DNA of 54,516 nucleotides, filler included, from Sluysia triapertura (Eukaryota): assembly GCA_046118255.1 (NCBI GenBank). It is 4 parts of 4 records of this genome, joined end to end, with 100 filler letters (N's around TTAATTAATTAA, not from the genome) between each part and the next. Parts side by side here need not be neighbours in the genome. Positions count along the whole stretch, not along the records: positions 42,157 to 54,516 come from JBJNIA010116418.1; 3 more parts are not named here. One strand, given 5' to 3'. This document shows, piece after piece, positions 51,623 through 54,516 of this stretch. The translations under genes were made by a program, and so were the position numbers. Numbering within the stretch: the first letter of the stretch is position 1; each line of letters opens with the position of its first letter. The notes under the pieces were generated by a model. That model worked only from the letters and a program-made list of their open reading frames with translations, was not told where the DNA came from and did not search any database.

Positions 51623-52953
51623 AAATCAATTTGCTAAAGTAAGAAAAGAAACAAAAGATAAACTAGCAATTTTAATCGTACCAAAAACTTATAAAGTAAA
51701 AATAATGATATGCATCAACCACAGAATGGAAACAGTTCTGTAAAAATCAGATTTGGCATTGTAAAAAAAGGGTTATGTCGAACATCTCTGTAGATTTCGG
51801 ATTTGGTATTGTAGAAAGTTAACGTAACAAATGTGACAATTATTTTGAAGTTTTTTCACTAATTTTAATCAGAAAATTTTTTTATAAAATCGTTATGAAT
51901 TTATGTTTAATGTCGTGAATTAAATTTATAAAATTTTTTCTCTTTGTCAAAACAGAAAATTTCTTTTATGCCAAAATGCTGAGTGATGGAAAAGTAAAGT
52001 TAATTATTATGATTAAATACTAGTTACTAATTAATAAGGTTCAAAGGTACCTTAACACTTCAAAACGTTGTCCGAACCATTTCAAGCCTCCATAAGAGTT
52101 TCAACACCTTACAAAGGTCTTTGAAACTCCAAAGCATTCTTCAATTCACAAAATGACTATAGACGTTTTCATTTTCATTATTTTTATTTTATTATGTCTT
52201 GCCCATTATTTGATACGAATTTTTAACCACACCTTTTTCCCACTCATTTCTGGTTCCACAGTGGGACAATCCCAACAGACATAAGAATAATATTTAATTC
52301 ATAGCTAATTATTTCCATTTATTTCGTTTATAAGCAACGTCGTGGTGAAAAGACTCAGTCAACATTCGAGGCCTCATTTCTAAACTTAATTTCATTTGTT
52401 ATTTGACAGAATTTATTTAGTATCACTATTTTGTTTTTGCTGCATTAATCAAATTTTATTTACTAAATCCTGCTGAAGGTACAACGAATAGGTTAAATAG
52501 GCCAATTGAAAGAAAGTGTTGGAATAAATTGATAACTCTGTAAGAGTGCAATATTCAGTGCATTTTATGTGTAAGACTTTGTAATTTTGTCGCAAGTGAC
52601 TCTTCAACATCTCTGTTAATATATTTATTGTGTAAATAAGGGACGCAAAGTTTTGTTAATTAAAAAAAATAACAAAAACAAAAAAATTTATTAAAAAAAT
52701 ATATATATAATTGTACCTAAAATTAAATAATGCAATTAAAATTAAATTTAAAATGCAGATTTTGCCTCGGAAATCAAAAGAAACGTTATTGGTTTTATAA
52801 TAATTTCTTTTTGGAAAATCACAATCAATTAATACAAATTTAATTCAATGTTTTTAAATTTAAATATACAAATGTAATAAACAATTAAGTATAAATTAGA
52901 CTTTTTTTGTGATTTCAAAAAGAAAATTAAAAACAAAAAATAATAATTTTTAC

Positions 52954-53976
52954 TTATAACAGAATCTTCGCTTTTCTGACACAATGGTGGCAATTTATCA
53001 GTACATTTTGTTTTTATCCATTTTCCATCAGAGGATAATGAAATGCATGATTCTTCATTTCTCGGTATCCAATGGCCAATTTTAATAAGACCATCGTCTT
53101 TTGTCCGATTACCATCAATCCATCTGTAGGTACCTTTAAAAATTTAAATATTAAGCAGTAATGTCAACGATTAACTATAGTATAAATGGCGATTTCATAA
53201 AACAATTAACTGTTCACTACCTCGTTGACTACGATCTGATAAACCAATGAAAACATTTCTAATTGAATTCTTTGTCATATAGTCTTTCAATGATTCACGT
53301 TCAACATCGTTTAGCAATATGGCTAAATTACCATTTTCAGCAAAACAATTCATTTCACCATCCGAAAAATCTCCTTTATTATTTAAAATTTTGTAACATA
53401 CACCATTCGGACGTAAATCACAAGTTAAAGCTTCTAGAAGCACTGTATTTAGTGCAAATACAATACAAATACTGAGTAAATCTAAAATTTATAAAATACC
53501 GTTTTACTTTATATAATTAATACATCAAACATTTATAAAATAAAGCATTTTAATATGTTGACGTAAGATTAGAAAATAATTTATTTTTGACTTTATTAAA
53601 ATAAAATTCGATATGTGAATTAAAATATCCGAAATTTACTCTCGAATCATATAAACAAATATATTTATATTATTCCATAATAATACATCGATTAATAATA
53701 TATTACAGTGTCTTCAATTAGGTTAAAATAAAGCTAAAGCTAAAATCTTAATAAAAATTACTTTACAAGGAAACTCATTTATAATTTTGCTAAATATTGT
53801 ATAATTATAAATTTTTTCGTAAAATATTTATTAATAAAAAATGTTTATTTACTTAATTCGAAATTTAATACATTAAGTAATATGACATAATTAATGTATT
53901 AAAATAAAATTTATTTAAAAATTTTAAATTATAATTTAGAAAATTTCAAGTAAAATTACTTACTTAAAATTATCAT
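52954..53976 (-). CDS. secreted C-type lectin-like domain protein; exons 53976-53964, 53481-53221, 53133-52954 (downstream exon not determined)
   Basis: Phase-1 GT-AG junctions give signal peptide MIILNLLSICIVFALNTVLLEA, then CYKI...C...GNLAIL...VFIGLSDRSQRG|TYRWIDG...EESCISLSSDGKWIKTKCTDKLPPLCQK. Four core CTLD cysteines plus FIGL and WIDG motifs. Confidence 0.85.
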
Positions 53977-54516
53977 TATTAATAAACAATTTTCATTTCA
54001 TATTATCTGAAATTCTTAATTTAATATTTTTATATATAGTTTTTCAAGGAAGCAGATTTTTTACACAATATGTTACAATCTTATTAAAAGTGACTATTTC
54101 TTGATTTAGAATGACAGTTGCATGGCACATTTATATTTTAAAATATACTTTGATCTTTTATTATATTGATATTGACTTAGGTGAAACATTTGATACTAAA
54201 TTAGTTTTGCTGAAAGGGCATTAAAGATAAGATCAATATATATTATTGACGTTATTTGCAAAAATTAGTTTTAGATTTTTGATTAAATTAATAATTCAAG
54301 TACTATAATTCTGTTTTGAGTAGGTTTATTATTATAATTTCTCAAGAAAACAAATTACTGTGAAAATGTGCCTATGAGAAGTGTTTTCTAAAATCAAAAT
54401 TCGTGACTGTATTTGATGCATTATATACCGTCAAATAATAAATACTAATGTAATATAATACAATAATGATAATGATATTAATAAATAATAATATAATAAT
54501 TTACAGCATACATTTT

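Overview
Very AT-rich (roughly three-quarters A+T by eye) eukaryotic, almost certainly animal, genomic DNA. It has short GT-AG introns and is rich in decayed transposons. The window is not one contiguous locus: three artificial N44-TTAATTAATTAA-N44 linkers (15420-15519, 27902-28001, 42057-42156) and two sized N gaps split it. Recognisable protein-coding material: a spliced, secreted C-type-lectin-domain gene (~52954-53976, -); a PSD/EFA6-type Sec7 ORF whose catalytic glutamate is replaced by lysine (30396-31463, -); a frameshifted SCYL2 pseudogene (~24240-25240, -); and several divergent or decayed CCCH zinc-finger-like ORFs. Mobile DNA: hAT, piggyBac, Tigger/pogo, Tc2-like, L2/CR1-clade LINE, probable Gypsy and Penelope remnants, a tRNA-Cys-derived SINE-like unit, and a family of TG...CA LTR-like units whose terminal hairpins show compensatory substitutions. 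The most interesting pattern is a recurring cassette: LTR-like unit > G-free C/A tract > A-rich block > (TTA)-rich block > double inverted-CCAAT palindrome > unrelated host-type cargo ORF (CCCH finger or catalytically altered EFA6 Sec7). It suggests a non-autonomous element family that carries or drives captured host genes. All homology calls come from motif recognition by eye; no searches were run.
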